This document shows, in pieces, positions 8,726-20,236 of a stretch of 64,000 nt of DNA (position 1 is its first letter; every line of letters begins with the position of its first letter). Origin of the DNA: an uncultured Verrucomicrobiae bacterium (GTDB taxonomy: Bacteria > Verrucomicrobiota > Verrucomicrobiia > Chthoniobacterales > Terrimicrobiaceae); assembly GCA_963706955.1 (NCBI GenBank), contig CAVPOC010000001.1, forward strand, positions 32,001-96,000. Direction: 5' to 3'. The translations under genes were made by a program, and so were the position numbers. The notes below the pieces were generated by a model. It saw only the letters and a program-made list of their open reading frames with translations, did not search any database and was not told the DNA's origin.

Positions 8726-10156
8726 ATGTTCACTCAGATTCTCGTCGCCATCGGCCTTGTTGTCGCGCTGCTTTCCCACACGGCGGGCATCTACTTTGCC
8801 ATCCAGGCGGTGATGATTTCACGAACGCCGCAGGCGGCCATCGGATGGGGTTTCGCGCTGGTCATCTGCCCATATGTGGCCATCCCCCTGTTTCTCATCT
8901 TTGGTGAATCGCGATTTTCCGGATACACGCTCGCCGGGCAAGACCGGCACGAGGAACTGGATGCCGCGCTACGCCAAGCCCAGCGTGCTCTCACGCCGTT
9001 CAGGACTTCATTCCTGACTAAGTATTCCGACGCGGAGCAACTTGGTATCAGCCTTCGCGGTCTTCCGCCAAGCAGGGGAAACGCATGCAAGCTGCTGATC
9101 GACGGGAAAGAGACCTTTCGGACGATCTTTCAAGCCATCGAGGGTGCGCGAAGCTATGTGATCGTACAGTTCTATGTCATTCATGATGACAGCCTCGGCC
9201 GAGAACTTCGGGAGAGACTGATCGAGGCATCGCGTCGCGGCGTGCGGTGTTGGCTGCTTTATGACAACGTTGGCTCGAAAGGGCTGACCGGCTCTTACTT
9301 CCAGGAACTGCGGGACGCCGGGGTGGCTGTTCAAGGCTTCGTCACCAATCGGCAGTTCGGCCGACAATTTCAGATCAACTTTCGTAATCATCGCAAATTG
9401 GTGGTCGTCGATGGCAAAGTGGCCTTCTTTGGAGGATTGAACGCCGGTGACGAGTACCTTGGCCTCGGCGTGCTCGGATCCTGGCGCGATACACACCTCC
9501 AACTCGAAGGCCCCGCCGTCATGGGACTTCAAGTATCTTTTCTAGAGGATTGGTACTATGCCCGCAAGGAAGTCCCTGACATTCCTTTCGAGCCGCGCGT
9601 CGCCGGAGATCAAACGGTCCTGGCATTTGCGTCTGGGCCGACGGAGAACTGGAATTCCACCGCGGCAATTTATGCGGAGATTATTCACGACGTCCGCGAG
9701 AGACTCTGGATTGCGAGTCCGTATTTTGTGCCCGATCCGATGCTGCGAACAGCGATTGGGCATGCCGCGATCCGAGGAGTTGACGTTAGAATCCTGCTTC
9801 CTCAAAAACCAGATCATCTGTTGCCGTTTTTATCCTCCTACACCTTTTATCCATTGATGCACGAAGCGGGAGTCAAGATCTGGCGATATCAACGGGGATT
9901 CATGCACCAAAAGGTTCTTCTCGCCGACGATGACCTCGCCATCGTTGGCTCGGTGAACCTTGATTTTCGTTCCTTCATGCTGAACTTCGAACTCTCAGCC
10001 GTTGTTCAGGACATCGGATTCGCCAAGTCGGTGGAGAAAATGCTCGAAAAAGACTTCGCACGCAGCGAAGCCGAAAATCTTCAGAGGTTCGACAAGGGGA
10101 AATATTTTTTTCGCCTCAAATGTCGGTTGGCAGCGCTGATCAGTCCGGAGCAATAG
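8726..10156 (+). CDS. cls: Cardiolipin synthase
   Basis: Two N-terminal TM helices and two HKD motifs (RNHRKLVVVD, MHQKVLLAD). ATG 8726 lies 5 nt after the glcF stop. Confidence 0.92.
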   Translation: MFTQILVAIGLVVALLSHTAGIYFAIQAVMISRTPQAAIGWGFALVICPYVAIPLFLIFGESRFSGYTLAGQDRHEELDAALRQAQRALTPFRTSFLTKYSDAEQLGISLRGLPPSRGNACKLLIDGKETFRTIFQAIEGARSYVIVQFYVIHDDSLGRELRERLIEASRRGVRCWLLYDNVGSKGLTGSYFQELRDAGVAVQGFVTNRQFGRQFQINFRNHRKLVVVDGKVAFFGGLNAGDEYLGLGVLGSWRDTHLQLEGPAVMGLQVSFLEDWYYARKEVPDIPFEPRVAGDQTVLAFASGPTENWNSTAAIYAEIIHDVRERLWIASPYFVPDPMLRTAIGHAAIRGVDVRILLPQKPDHLLPFLSSYTFYPLMHEAGVKIWRYQRGFMHQKVLLADDDLAIVGSVNLDFRSFMLNFELSAVVQDIGFAKSVEKMLEKDFARSEAENLQRFDKGKYFFRLKCRLAALISPEQ

Positions 10157-10211
10157 GCCCGAAAGCGTCAGGCCAGCTGCTTGAGAATTTGAATTTCGAA
10201 CTCGATCAGGA

Positions 10212-11198
10212 TCACTGCCCCCGCGTGCGCAATTTGTCGAGCAACACTGCCAGGATGATCACCGCGCCCTTGACCACCAATTGCCAGTAGAAGGACACGT
10301 TCATCAGCGTCAGGCCGTTGTTGAGAACGGCAACGATCAGAGCTCCGATTAGCGTTCCGAATACCGTTCCAATACCGCCGGAAAAGCTGGTGCCGCCGAG
10401 AATCACCGCAGCGATCGCGTCCAATTCGTAGCCTTCGCCCAAACGTCCCTGTGCGCTGTAAAGCCGGCTTGCTGTCATGACTCCGCCCAAACCGGCAAGA
10501 AATCCGCTGATTCCATAAACGACGATCAAAATCGTGCCGACTGGAATGCCTGTGAGACGTGCGGCGAGCGGATTGCCCCCTACGGCGTAAACGTGAACGC
10601 CGAATACGGTCCGATGGAGCACAAATGCGCTGATTAAGATGACTGCCAGGGCTATCACCACCAGCCAGGGAATCGGACCGAGGTAGCTGTTGCCGATCCA
10701 CGCGAAGTTAATGTCGTTGTTAATAAGTGTTGTTCCTCCCGCGAACAAATATGCTGCCCCACGAAGGGCCGTGTAGCTTCCGAGCGTAACGATGAACGGC
10801 GGCAAACCAAAATAATGGACGATTGCCCCTGTCATTACGCCTACGATCGTTCCGCTCAAAAGGGCAACGGGCACCGCGGCCCAGCTCAACGACGGATTGA
10901 GAGAAAACACGAGCGAGAGCACGGCGGTCATCCCAAGAACCGAACCGACAGCGAGATCGATGCCGCCCGTGAGAATAACGAACGTCATCCCAGCGGCGAG
11001 GACGATGTTGATCGAAGCCTGCCGGACTACGTTGATCAGGTTGTTGGTCGAAAGAAAACTCTCGGTGAGAAAGGCAAAAAGGATGCAGATGACGATGAGC
11101 ACCGGCAGCATTCCTGCAACCTGCATGATGCTGCGCATGACTTCTTTTCGCGCCACAGTGTTAACGGTATCCTGAGTAGATGAGGGGGGACTGGCCAT
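10212..11198 (-). CDS. Sugar (ribose-type, CUT2) ABC transporter permease
   Basis: GMTFVILTGGIDLAVGS, PPFIVTLG, YELDAIAAVILGGTS. Confidence 0.92.
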   Translation of the reverse strand: MASPPSSTQDTVNTVARKEVMRSIMQVAGMLPVLIVICILFAFLTESFLSTNNLINVVRQASINIVLAAGMTFVILTGGIDLAVGSVLGMTAVLSLVFSLNPSLSWAAVPVALLSGTIVGVMTGAIVHYFGLPPFIVTLGSYTALRGAAYLFAGGTTLINNDINFAWIGNSYLGPIPWLVVIALAVILISAFVLHRTVFGVHVYAVGGNPLAARLTGIPVGTILIVVYGISGFLAGLGGVMTASRLYSAQGRLGEGYELDAIAAVILGGTSFSGGIGTVFGTLIGALIVAVLNNGLTLMNVSFYWQLVVKGAVIILAVLLDKLRTRGQ

Positions 11199-11222
11199 AG
11201 TTGAAGGGGTTTCTTGAGTCTC

Positions 11223-12755
11223 TTAGACTCCGGTCGCCAATTTCATTATGTTTTGCTGAGTGACTTCGATTCCTGTATCGCCGCCTACCTCGCCCATGAC
11301 GACCCCTTCGCGCATTACGATAACGCGTTTGCAGACGCCAATGATTTCCGGCAATTCGCTTGAAATGAAAACCACCGCCATGCCCTTGGCGGCGAGTTGC
11401 TGAATTACCGCGTAAATTTCCGCCTTTGCTCCGATATCTACGCCCCGGGTGGGCTCGTCGAGGATAAGCACTTTGGGATTGATCTCCAGCCAACGCGCAA
11501 GAAGGAGCTTCTGCTGGTTGCCACCCGACAGCCCTCCGGCCCGAACCCACAGGGAGGCCGCGCGCAGACTAAGCGCCTTCGCCTGAACCCTGGAACGCTC
11601 GTTGATGTACTTGAAATCAATAATCCCCGCCTTCGCATTTCGGGAGAGGATGTTCATCGCGATGTTATCCCGGCAGGACATCTGCAAAAAAGCGCCCGCG
11701 AGTTTTCGGTCCTCGGGAACGTACCCGATGCCTTGCTGAACCGCATCGATCGGATGCTTGATGTCCACCAACTTCCCCTCGAGATGGACCTCGCCGCTCT
11801 CCTTAGGATCTGCGCCAAAAATCAACCGAGCTAGCTCCGTACGTCCCGCGCCGACTAATCCCGCCAACCCCAAGACTTCTCCCGCACGAAGCTCGAAGCC
11901 CGCCTTTTTCACATGCTCCTTGTCGGACATGTTTCGCACCCGCAGAACGACGTCGCCGTGCGCAGCCGTTTTTTCCGGGTAGAGTTCCTCGAGCTTTCTG
12001 CCGACCATCATTTCTATAATCCGGTCTGAGGTGAATTCCGGTCGCGTGAGTTCACCAACGTACTCTCCGTCCCGAAAGACAGAGAGACGGTCTCCCAATT
12101 CATAGATCTCGGCCATTCGATGGCTGATGTAGATGATCGCCAGGCCTTCTGACCGCAACTGCCGAACGACGTCAAAGAGGCGATCCGTTTCGCGGTCGGA
12201 CAACGCCGTCGTTGGCTCGTCCATGACCAGGATCCGGCTCTTGTAGAAAAGTGCCCGCGCGATCTCCACTTGCTGCTGCTCAGCGATCGAAAGATGGGCG
12301 GCGCGCTGAGCGGCTTTGAACCTGGCTCCCAGCCGATCAAGCACCTGTTGTGTCTCTCGCACCATCGCGGCGGTGTCTGTGAGAAAGCCGAGATGTCGCT
12401 TCTCCGAGCCGAGGAAGACGTTTCCCGCGACCGTCAGATTCGGCGCGATAGTGAGTTCCTGGTAGATGATTCCGATGCCAGCCGCCCGGGCCTGATGCGG
12501 CGAATGGAAATGCACAGGCTTTCCATCTATGGCGATCTCGCCACCGTCCGGGGGTTGCGCTCCCGCGAGGATTTTCATCAGGGTGCTCTTACCCGCACCG
12601 TTCTCACCAACTAGCGCGTGGACCTCCCCTGGCCATATCGTGAGATCCACGCCTTTCAGCGCACGAACGCCGGGGAAGCTTTTCGTTACCCCGCGTACCG
12701 TGAGGATCGGCTGTCCAGGTGGGCTACTTGGTCCAGCCTTGGTACTCGTTGACAT
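11223..12755 (-). CDS. Sugar ABC transporter ATP-binding protein (RbsA-like, tandem NBD)
   Basis: [35 protein letters not shown]. Confidence 0.93.
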   Translation of the reverse strand: MSTSTKAGPSSPPGQPILTVRGVTKSFPGVRALKGVDLTIWPGEVHALVGENGAGKSTLMKILAGAQPPDGGEIAIDGKPVHFHSPHQARAAGIGIIYQELTIAPNLTVAGNVFLGSEKRHLGFLTDTAAMVRETQQVLDRLGARFKAAQRAAHLSIAEQQQVEIARALFYKSRILVMDEPTTALSDRETDRLFDVVRQLRSEGLAIIYISHRMAEIYELGDRLSVFRDGEYVGELTRPEFTSDRIIEMMVGRKLEELYPEKTAAHGDVVLRVRNMSDKEHVKKAGFELRAGEVLGLAGLVGAGRTELARLIFGADPKESGEVHLEGKLVDIKHPIDAVQQGIGYVPEDRKLAGAFLQMSCRDNIAMNILSRNAKAGIIDFKYINERSRVQAKALSLRAASLWVRAGGLSGGNQQKLLLARWLEINPKVLILDEPTRGVDIGAKAEIYAVIQQLAAKGMAVVFISSELPEIIGVCKRVIVMREGVVMGEVGGDTGIEVTQQNIMKLATGV

Positions 12756-13674
12756 TATCGCGAGTAATGAGCTTGGTTGGGATGAGGATTACCTTTTCGG
12801 CAGGCGACTTGCCCCCCAAGACCTCTGCTCCAACTTCGACCGCCTTTTCGGCCATGGCAAAGGGGTCCTGGGCGGGAGTAGCTTCAAACAAGCTGCCCTT
12901 TTGCTTAAGTGCTGCAACCGCATCGGGAGAGCCGTCTACGCCCACGATGAAGAATTCATTGCGATTCGCTTGCTTAGCCGCAAGATCGCAGCCGATCCCT
13001 GTCGGATCATTGATAGCAAATACCGCGTCAATCTTCGGATTTGCGGTCAGAAGATCGGTCATCACTCGCAAACCCCCATCCCGGCTGCCCCCGGCATTCT
13101 GATCTTGAGAAAGAATCTTGATGTCGGGATTCTTGCTGAAAACGTCCATGGCCCCCGCAACGCGGTCCTGGACGGCTGTAACAGGGGGTCCATTAACAAT
13201 AACGATCTGTCCCTTACCTTTGAGCTTGTCCACGATGTACTGAGCGGCTTGCTGACCGGCCTGGCGGTTGTTCGATGTGACCGTGGCATCAACTCCTCCC
13301 TCTGCGCCGACGTCCACGGCGATGACGACCATTCCGGCGCCCTTAGCTCTCTTCACCGCCGGCGCGATCCCTTTGCTGTCCGCGGCATTGAGCAAGAGTA
13401 GGGTGGTCGCTGAGGAAATCAAATTATCAACGTCATTGGTTTGTTTGTTGACGTCGTAGTTGCTCGAAAGCGACCCGAACTTGACCTTGGGATTAATTTC
13501 CTTCGCTTTTGCCTCGGCGCCGTGGGCGATCTGAACGAAGAAGGGATTTCCGAGGTCGCCGACGGTAACGGCTACGGACTTAAGCTCTTTCTCGGCGGCC
13601 TGCAGTTGCCCGACGAGGAGGGCGGCTCCAAGCGCAAAGCAAAGTGGTTTTCTAAGAATATGAGGGATTTTCAT
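12724..13674 (-). CDS. Sugar ABC transporter periplasmic substrate-binding protein
   Basis: Signal peptide, [12 protein letters not shown] and VGVDG, typical of the RbsB-like fold. Confidence 0.92.
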   Translation of the reverse strand: MKIPHILRKPLCFALGAALLVGQLQAAEKELKSVAVTVGDLGNPFFVQIAHGAEAKAKEINPKVKFGSLSSNYDVNKQTNDVDNLISSATTLLLLNAADSKGIAPAVKRAKGAGMVVIAVDVGAEGGVDATVTSNNRQAGQQAAQYIVDKLKGKGQIVIVNGPPVTAVQDRVAGAMDVFSKNPDIKILSQDQNAGGSRDGGLRVMTDLLTANPKIDAVFAINDPTGIGCDLAAKQANRNEFFIVGVDGSPDAVAALKQKGSLFEATPAQDPFAMAEKAVEVGAEVLGGKSPAEKVILIPTKLITRDNVNEYQGWTK

Positions 13675-13910
13675 GGGAGCGTTTTTAGTTGTTCTGGTTT
13701 ATCGACGATTGGGAGATGGCGATGGTAGATCGGACTTGAAAGGGGCTGGCGAGCGTCCGAGGCAGGCAGAATGGGCCCTTAGCTGTTTTGGGTCAACGCA
13801 AAACTGGTTATGAACTCTTAAAACGGAGTAGAGTCGCGCAGCGCTCCTACGAGCTCGTTGCCAGGCTTGCTCACGCTCAACGCGTTTGAGCGATCAGCCA
13901 ACTGCTTTGA

Positions 13911-15057
13911 TCAGGCGTCGTCCGCTTCGTCCTGGGCGCCTTTCTTGTAGGTGAGCCCTCGCAGTTTGCCCTCGATAAAGGCGTTGATCTCGCCATCCAT
14001 GACCCCTTGGATGTCGCTGGTCTGCACGCCGGTGCGAAGGTCTTTGACCATTTGGTACGGCTGGAAGACGTAGGAGCGGATTTGATTGCCCCAAGCGATG
14101 TCTCCCTTCTCGCCGTATTGGCGTTCAGCCTCGGCACGCTTTCGGTCTGCTTCGATTTGATAGAGTTTGGCTTTGAGCATCTTCATCGCCACGTCGCGGT
14201 TCCGGCCCTGGCTTCGCTCGGCCTGACAGGCCACGACGATACCGCTTGGAAGATGGGTGATCCGCACGGCAGTCTCGACCTTGTTAACATTCTGCCCGCC
14301 TTTGCCGCCCGAGCGAAAAGTATCAACCTTCAGATCGGCTTCGTTGATCTCGATCGGCGCATCTTCAATTTCAGGAACAACGTCAACGCTGGCGAATGAA
14401 GTGTGGCGACGCTTGTTGGAATCAAATGGTGAAATCCGCACCAGGCGATGGACGCCGATTTCGTTTCCTAAATAGCCGTAGACGTGATCTCCCGAGACCC
14501 GCAGGGTGGCCGATTTGATACCCGCCTCGTCGCCGACCTGGATGTCGACGGTCTCCGAGCGAAGACCGTTTCGCTCAATCCAGCGCGAATACATTCGCAG
14601 AAGCATCTCTGCCCAGTCGCAGGATTCCGTGCCGCCGGCGCCGGCATGAATCGTTAGAAAGGCCGGGTTCTTGTCGAACTCACCCGAGAGGAATTGCTGC
14701 AGTTCAAATTTTTCCAGGTCACGCAAGAGCGCTTCATGTTCTGAGATAACCTCCGCAATGATGGAAGCGTGCTGGTCGGGAGACTCCTCGGCGGCAAGTT
14801 CTTTGAGAACGGCGAGATCGGCGGCGCGGGATTCCAGCGTCTGGAAGGGTTGAATCTTGGAACGCAGCTCGGAGACGAGCTGCACATCGCTTTGCGCGTT
14901 CTCCCTATTGTTCCAAAAATCTGGCGAGGCCATCCGCGCCTCGACATCCGCCAGGCGACGGCTCAGAGCGGGAAGGTCAAAGGAACCTCCGCAACTCGGC
15001 GAGGCGCGCAGAGATGGCGGAGGTGTCGACAGTTTCGAGTTGTTCAATCATTGCCAT
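13911..15057 (-). CDS. prfB: Peptide chain release factor 2 (programmed +1 frameshift)
   Basis: GGQ and SPF motifs. The short 5' frame [26 protein letters not shown] ends in CTT-TGA-C, and the +1 frame continues DLPALSRRL. Confidence 0.97.
14976..14990 (-). promoter_or_regulatory. prfB +1 ribosomal frameshift cassette GGAGG-TTC-CTT-TGA-C
   Basis: Internal SD-like GGAGG 3 nt upstream of the canonical CUU UGA C slippery site. Confidence 0.95.
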
Positions 15058-15106
15058 TGGAGAAATAGAGGCCGCGCCGAGTAGGCGGTGAGGCCAACGG
15101 GAGTTT

Positions 15107-15457
15107 TTAGGGTTTGGAGACCGGAGTGATCGCCTTGGAAGGATCGAGGCGAAAGATCGTCTCGCCCTCTTTCATCATGTCGAGTTTATCGCGAGCGATG
15201 GTTTCAATATATTCCTTGTCGTTCTCGAGCAGGTAAACCTCCCGTTCCCGATGCTTCCGCAGATTCTGCTCGACCAGAAGCTGCTCGCGCTCCTGGAGGA
15301 GATTGCGGGCCATCTGGTCGCGTCGGACAAGCTCCGGATAAAACCACAGCATGAGGCTGGCGACGCCGCCCACGATGACGAGCGTCAAAAGCACGCGGTT
15401 GAGCGCATTCCAGAAGGAAGGATCGCTCGTGCGCCGCGCCTCCGCCAGTGTCCTCAT
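15107..15457 (-). CDS. ftsB: Septum formation initiator (FtsB/DivIC family)
   Basis: Single TM helix, coiled coil, YIETIARDKLDMMKEGE. Located directly downstream of eno. Confidence 0.85.
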   Translation of the reverse strand: MRTLAEARRTSDPSFWNALNRVLLTLVIVGGVASLMLWFYPELVRRDQMARNLLQEREQLLVEQNLRKHREREVYLLENDKEYIETIARDKLDMMKEGETIFRLDPSKAITPVSKP

Positions 15458-15549
15458 CCGTCCATATTAGCACGCCCGGCTTCGAGGGCACGGAATTATT
15501 TAGCTTAGCGCGGGAGGCAAAAACTAATTCGGCCGAAGCTTTTCCGCAT

Positions 15550-16845
<1,296 letters not shown>

Positions 16846-16915
16846 TTAGAGGTGGTGAGTTCCAGAAACGCTTTCGCGCGTCCGGTTGCAAGCAGATTTC
16901 TTGAGGGGAGGCCGT

Positions 16916-18790
16916 TCAGGCTGGGGCCGGTTCCGAAAGCGGGTGAACTTTCTCGCGGAGATCGTCCAAGCTCGTGAAAGGCTCGATGCGGACGATGGTG
17001 ACGCTGCGAGTTCCTGATTCGGTGGGCAACTCTGCGCTCTCGCCGACCCCTTTGCCCAGGAGCGCCTGTCCGATGACAGCTTTGTAGGAGATGATTCCCA
17101 ATGCTGGCGCGCTGTCCCAGGCACCGAGGATGCAGTAGGTTTCCTCAGCGCCGGCCATGTCGCGCAGCGTGACGACGGTGCCGATGGAGACTTGTGAGGT
17201 ATCCGGATTCTCGAAGTTCGTTCCGCGCGCCCGGGAGAGGTCGCGCTCGGCTTCCGAGCGGCGGCGCATCAGCACGCGCTGTTGTTCTTTGGCTGATTTG
17301 AATTCAAAGTTCTCGCGCAGATCCCCATAGGATCGCGCCGTGGCAATATCCTTGGTGTTTTGAGGGATCTGTCGGTTGACAAGGTCCTCATACTCCTCTT
17401 TGCGCTTCTCCAGGCTGGCCCAGGAAACGGTCACGGTCTCCTCTCTTTCACCCGCCTGGCCCGTGATCATTGCTTGCATTTCTGGATAGAGTTTGACGAT
17501 GCGAGCAAGCAGAGACCGCTTGTTGAGGTCATCAAATACCGGAGTTAACAGGAGGCGCCGCATGGCATCGCGCACTCCATCGGGTTCCGCGGACTCCAGG
17601 AGATCGCCAACGAGCGTGCGATCTTCGAGGAGCAGATCATGGAGGCGGGCGCCTCGTTTTTCGGCCAGTTGATCGCGCTCCAGAGCACTCAGAACCGCCC
17701 CGAAAAGATCGGCCCCGAAAAGTTCAGGAAAGGGGCCGCCGCGCTCCTTGCAAAGCCAAACGAGGATTTCCGAGGACGCCGAGCGTTCGCTGATCCACCG
17801 AGCCAGCGCGGCGCGGAATTCTTCGGCACGTCCTTCTCTCTCGACGAGACGCACTATCTCGACAACGAGACGCGAGGACACGTTCTGCATAAGACGGAAA
17901 ATCACATCCAACCAATTTTCAGAAAATGCTTTGGGGATCTCCTCGATGCAGCGCCGCTGCTTGGCTGCGGGAAGTGCGTTGAGCAACTCAGGCAAGCGGG
18001 CTTGCTCGGCTCGCAAGATGTCAGCGACCTGCGGCGTGTCCTTTCCCGGCTTCAGGGCTTGGTGGCGTGCAAGGATCTCATCTCGAGCGAGGAGGAGTTC
18101 CACCGCCTGCGCCGACTGCAATTTACGGCCCTTATGCGCGGCGTCCTCGATCTGAACGGCGAGCGATTGGAGCTCCTCGACTTCGTGGGCAAGGTCATCG
18201 AGTCCTCTGGTGATCTGATCGAGAGCGGCCACCTGATCCTTGAGGTGGCGGGCGCCGCGAAATCGTTCGATGAGCCCCTCGCCGGGTGTAGATCGCGTGG
18301 CCAGCAGAACGACGGGCTCCGTCTTCTTGCCAGGCAGTTGAAAGTGCCCGTCAGCCTTGAGTTTCTTCTTGGTGACCTCCCACCACTTCTTAAAGGCGGT
18401 GGCATCGAAGATTTCTGGCGCGAGCACGGCCGCAATTTGCTCCAGCGTGGCGCGTCCGCTGTGATCGCGCAGAATGTCGCGTAGCAAAGAAACCGGATCT
18501 TCCTGAGCCTGTTTTCGAACTCCAGCGCTATCGGCGAATTTGCGAGCAAGAATGTGCTCAGCCGGAATCGGCTGGAGAGTTTCTGCGGCGTATTGGACCT
18601 GCATGACATGGCCTTTCTTGGATTGAAAATCGATGACGATCTGACCGGTCAGCAAGCTCCACTCCGCTACTCGTCCGAAGCCCCAACTCTTGTGCAAGCA
18701 GCAGGCCCCGGGCTCGAGTTGCGAAAGGACCTCGGCGGCTTGGGGCGTAAGCTTTCCAGCATCGATGGCTTGTTGGAGTTCTTCGTTCAT
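16916..18790 (-). CDS. greA: Transcription elongation factor GreA with long N-terminal extension
   Basis: C-terminal ARSYGDLRENFEFKSAKE, VSIGTVV and IGQALLGK. About 450-aa N-terminal extension containing HKSWGFG. Start at ATG 18790. Confidence 0.9.
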   Translation of the reverse strand: MNEELQQAIDAGKLTPQAAEVLSQLEPGACCLHKSWGFGRVAEWSLLTGQIVIDFQSKKGHVMQVQYAAETLQPIPAEHILARKFADSAGVRKQAQEDPVSLLRDILRDHSGRATLEQIAAVLAPEIFDATAFKKWWEVTKKKLKADGHFQLPGKKTEPVVLLATRSTPGEGLIERFRGARHLKDQVAALDQITRGLDDLAHEVEELQSLAVQIEDAAHKGRKLQSAQAVELLLARDEILARHQALKPGKDTPQVADILRAEQARLPELLNALPAAKQRRCIEEIPKAFSENWLDVIFRLMQNVSSRLVVEIVRLVEREGRAEEFRAALARWISERSASSEILVWLCKERGGPFPELFGADLFGAVLSALERDQLAEKRGARLHDLLLEDRTLVGDLLESAEPDGVRDAMRRLLLTPVFDDLNKRSLLARIVKLYPEMQAMITGQAGEREETVTVSWASLEKRKEEYEDLVNRQIPQNTKDIATARSYGDLRENFEFKSAKEQQRVLMRRRSEAERDLSRARGTNFENPDTSQVSIGTVVTLRDMAGAEETYCILGAWDSAPALGIISYKAVIGQALLGKGVGESAELPTESGTRSVTIVRIEPFTSLDDLREKVHPLSEPAPA

Positions 18791-18877
18791 GATCCTTGTT
18801 TTCGGCTGATTTTCCCCGCGCTGCAAGGGCCAAGACGGTTTGCGCATCCGAACCTAGGGTGATTAATTGCCTGCCTC

Positions 18878-19528
18878 ATGCGCGATGTCATTGACTCCGC
18901 CGCCGCCACCGAGCGAATTTCAGATGCGCTTCGACGGCTATTGCGCGAAGCCAATGGCCAGTCGTTAACCGTGCGCGAGATGGTCAGGATTCTCCATGGT
19001 CGCGGACTGCAGTTCGTCGTGATTCTCCTCTGTCTTCCCTTTCTGTTGCCAGTTTCGATTCCAGGAATTTCAATGCCCTTTGGACTGGCCATCGCCGTTT
19101 CCGGGCTTCGCATCGCCTTCGGACACCGACCTTGGCTCCCAGAATTTGTCTTGAGCCGGTCCATCTCCTATTCGGTGCTGGAGAGGATGGTCCATTTTGG
19201 GTGCACGATCTATGAGAAAGTGGAGAAGGTCATTCGACCGCGTCTCAACATCCTTCTCGATGGTCCGGGCATGGGAATGATGATCGGATTGGCGATCGCT
19301 CTTTCCGGAGTATTTCTCAGCCTGCCGATTCCACCGCCCTTTCCTTTGACCAATACCATTCCAGGCTTCGCCATTATTTGTCTTTCTCTCGGGCTGATGG
19401 AGAGAGATGGCGGGCTGATCCTGTGCGGGTACCTGCTCACCGTGATTGCGGCCGTCTATGTCGGGATGATCGGATTTCTTGGCAAGGCAGGCGTCGATCA
19501 ACTTTGGCAGATCTTTAGAGCCCCTTAA
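18878..19528 (+). CDS. ExoD-family exopolysaccharide synthesis membrane protein
   Basis: LPFLLPVSIPG, PWLP, LPIPPPFPLTNTIP and GLMERDG. Confidence 0.88.
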   Translation: MRDVIDSAAATERISDALRRLLREANGQSLTVREMVRILHGRGLQFVVILLCLPFLLPVSIPGISMPFGLAIAVSGLRIAFGHRPWLPEFVLSRSISYSVLERMVHFGCTIYEKVEKVIRPRLNILLDGPGMGMMIGLAIALSGVFLSLPIPPPFPLTNTIPGFAIICLSLGLMERDGGLILCGYLLTVIAAVYVGMIGFLGKAGVDQLWQIFRAP

Positions 19529-20157
19529 GCGTCTCGGTCGTCCAGTCGCATAGAAATCGACAGAGTTCGATTTTCGTCTCAAGGTGACGTGCTTTTTCGC
19601 TGCCGCGCGCCAGGAAGCCGAAGCCGACGCCGTAGGAAGTGCCATTGACGACGCAGGCATTGGTGTGCGCAGAGTCTACCTGCTCGAGAGCGCGGGCAAT
19701 GGCCTCTTCTCGCGAGCCCTCGAGCTCGTATTTCCACCCGACGATTATCGCTTGGGGAAACAACGGCTCTCAGGCGCGGAAGAAGCTTCTCGGCAGGGCG
19801 CAGGATGAGCCGCAATTCAGAAACGCTGCTTGGAATCTTTCTCTCGCGATCGCTCCCTTCGATTTCGTGCACCAGGAAATCACACAATGCCGCGGCGTGA
19901 AACACGGCTGCTGGCTGCATGGGAAGCCGTTCGAGCAATGCCAGCAGCGAGGCGTTCGTCGTGAAAGGCACCACGTTCACATCTTGGGGCTTCGGGTAAA
20001 CAGCCATTTCGCCGCGAAGACAAAGCACCTCAAAGTTGGCGCGCGCCAAGGTCTCGGATAGCAAAGATCCAAGTTCTCCGGTGGACTGGTTGGTGATTCG
20101 GCGAACCTTGTCGATTGGCTCGTAGGCTGGTCCGCAGGTCACAACAGCCAGTGGCAT
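19515..20157 (-). CDS. coaB: Phosphopantothenate-cysteine ligase (CoaB-like), frameshift near 19765
   Basis: VTCGPAYEPIDKVRRITNQSTG and HAAALCDF, then IVGWKYE...CVVN in another frame. Confidence 0.8.
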
Positions 20158-20236
20158 TCGGGCAATTTTCACCGTGGCAATCTGATCCTCAACTCTCAAG
20201 TGACAGACTAAAGCCGCCATGATATTGAGATCAGGC

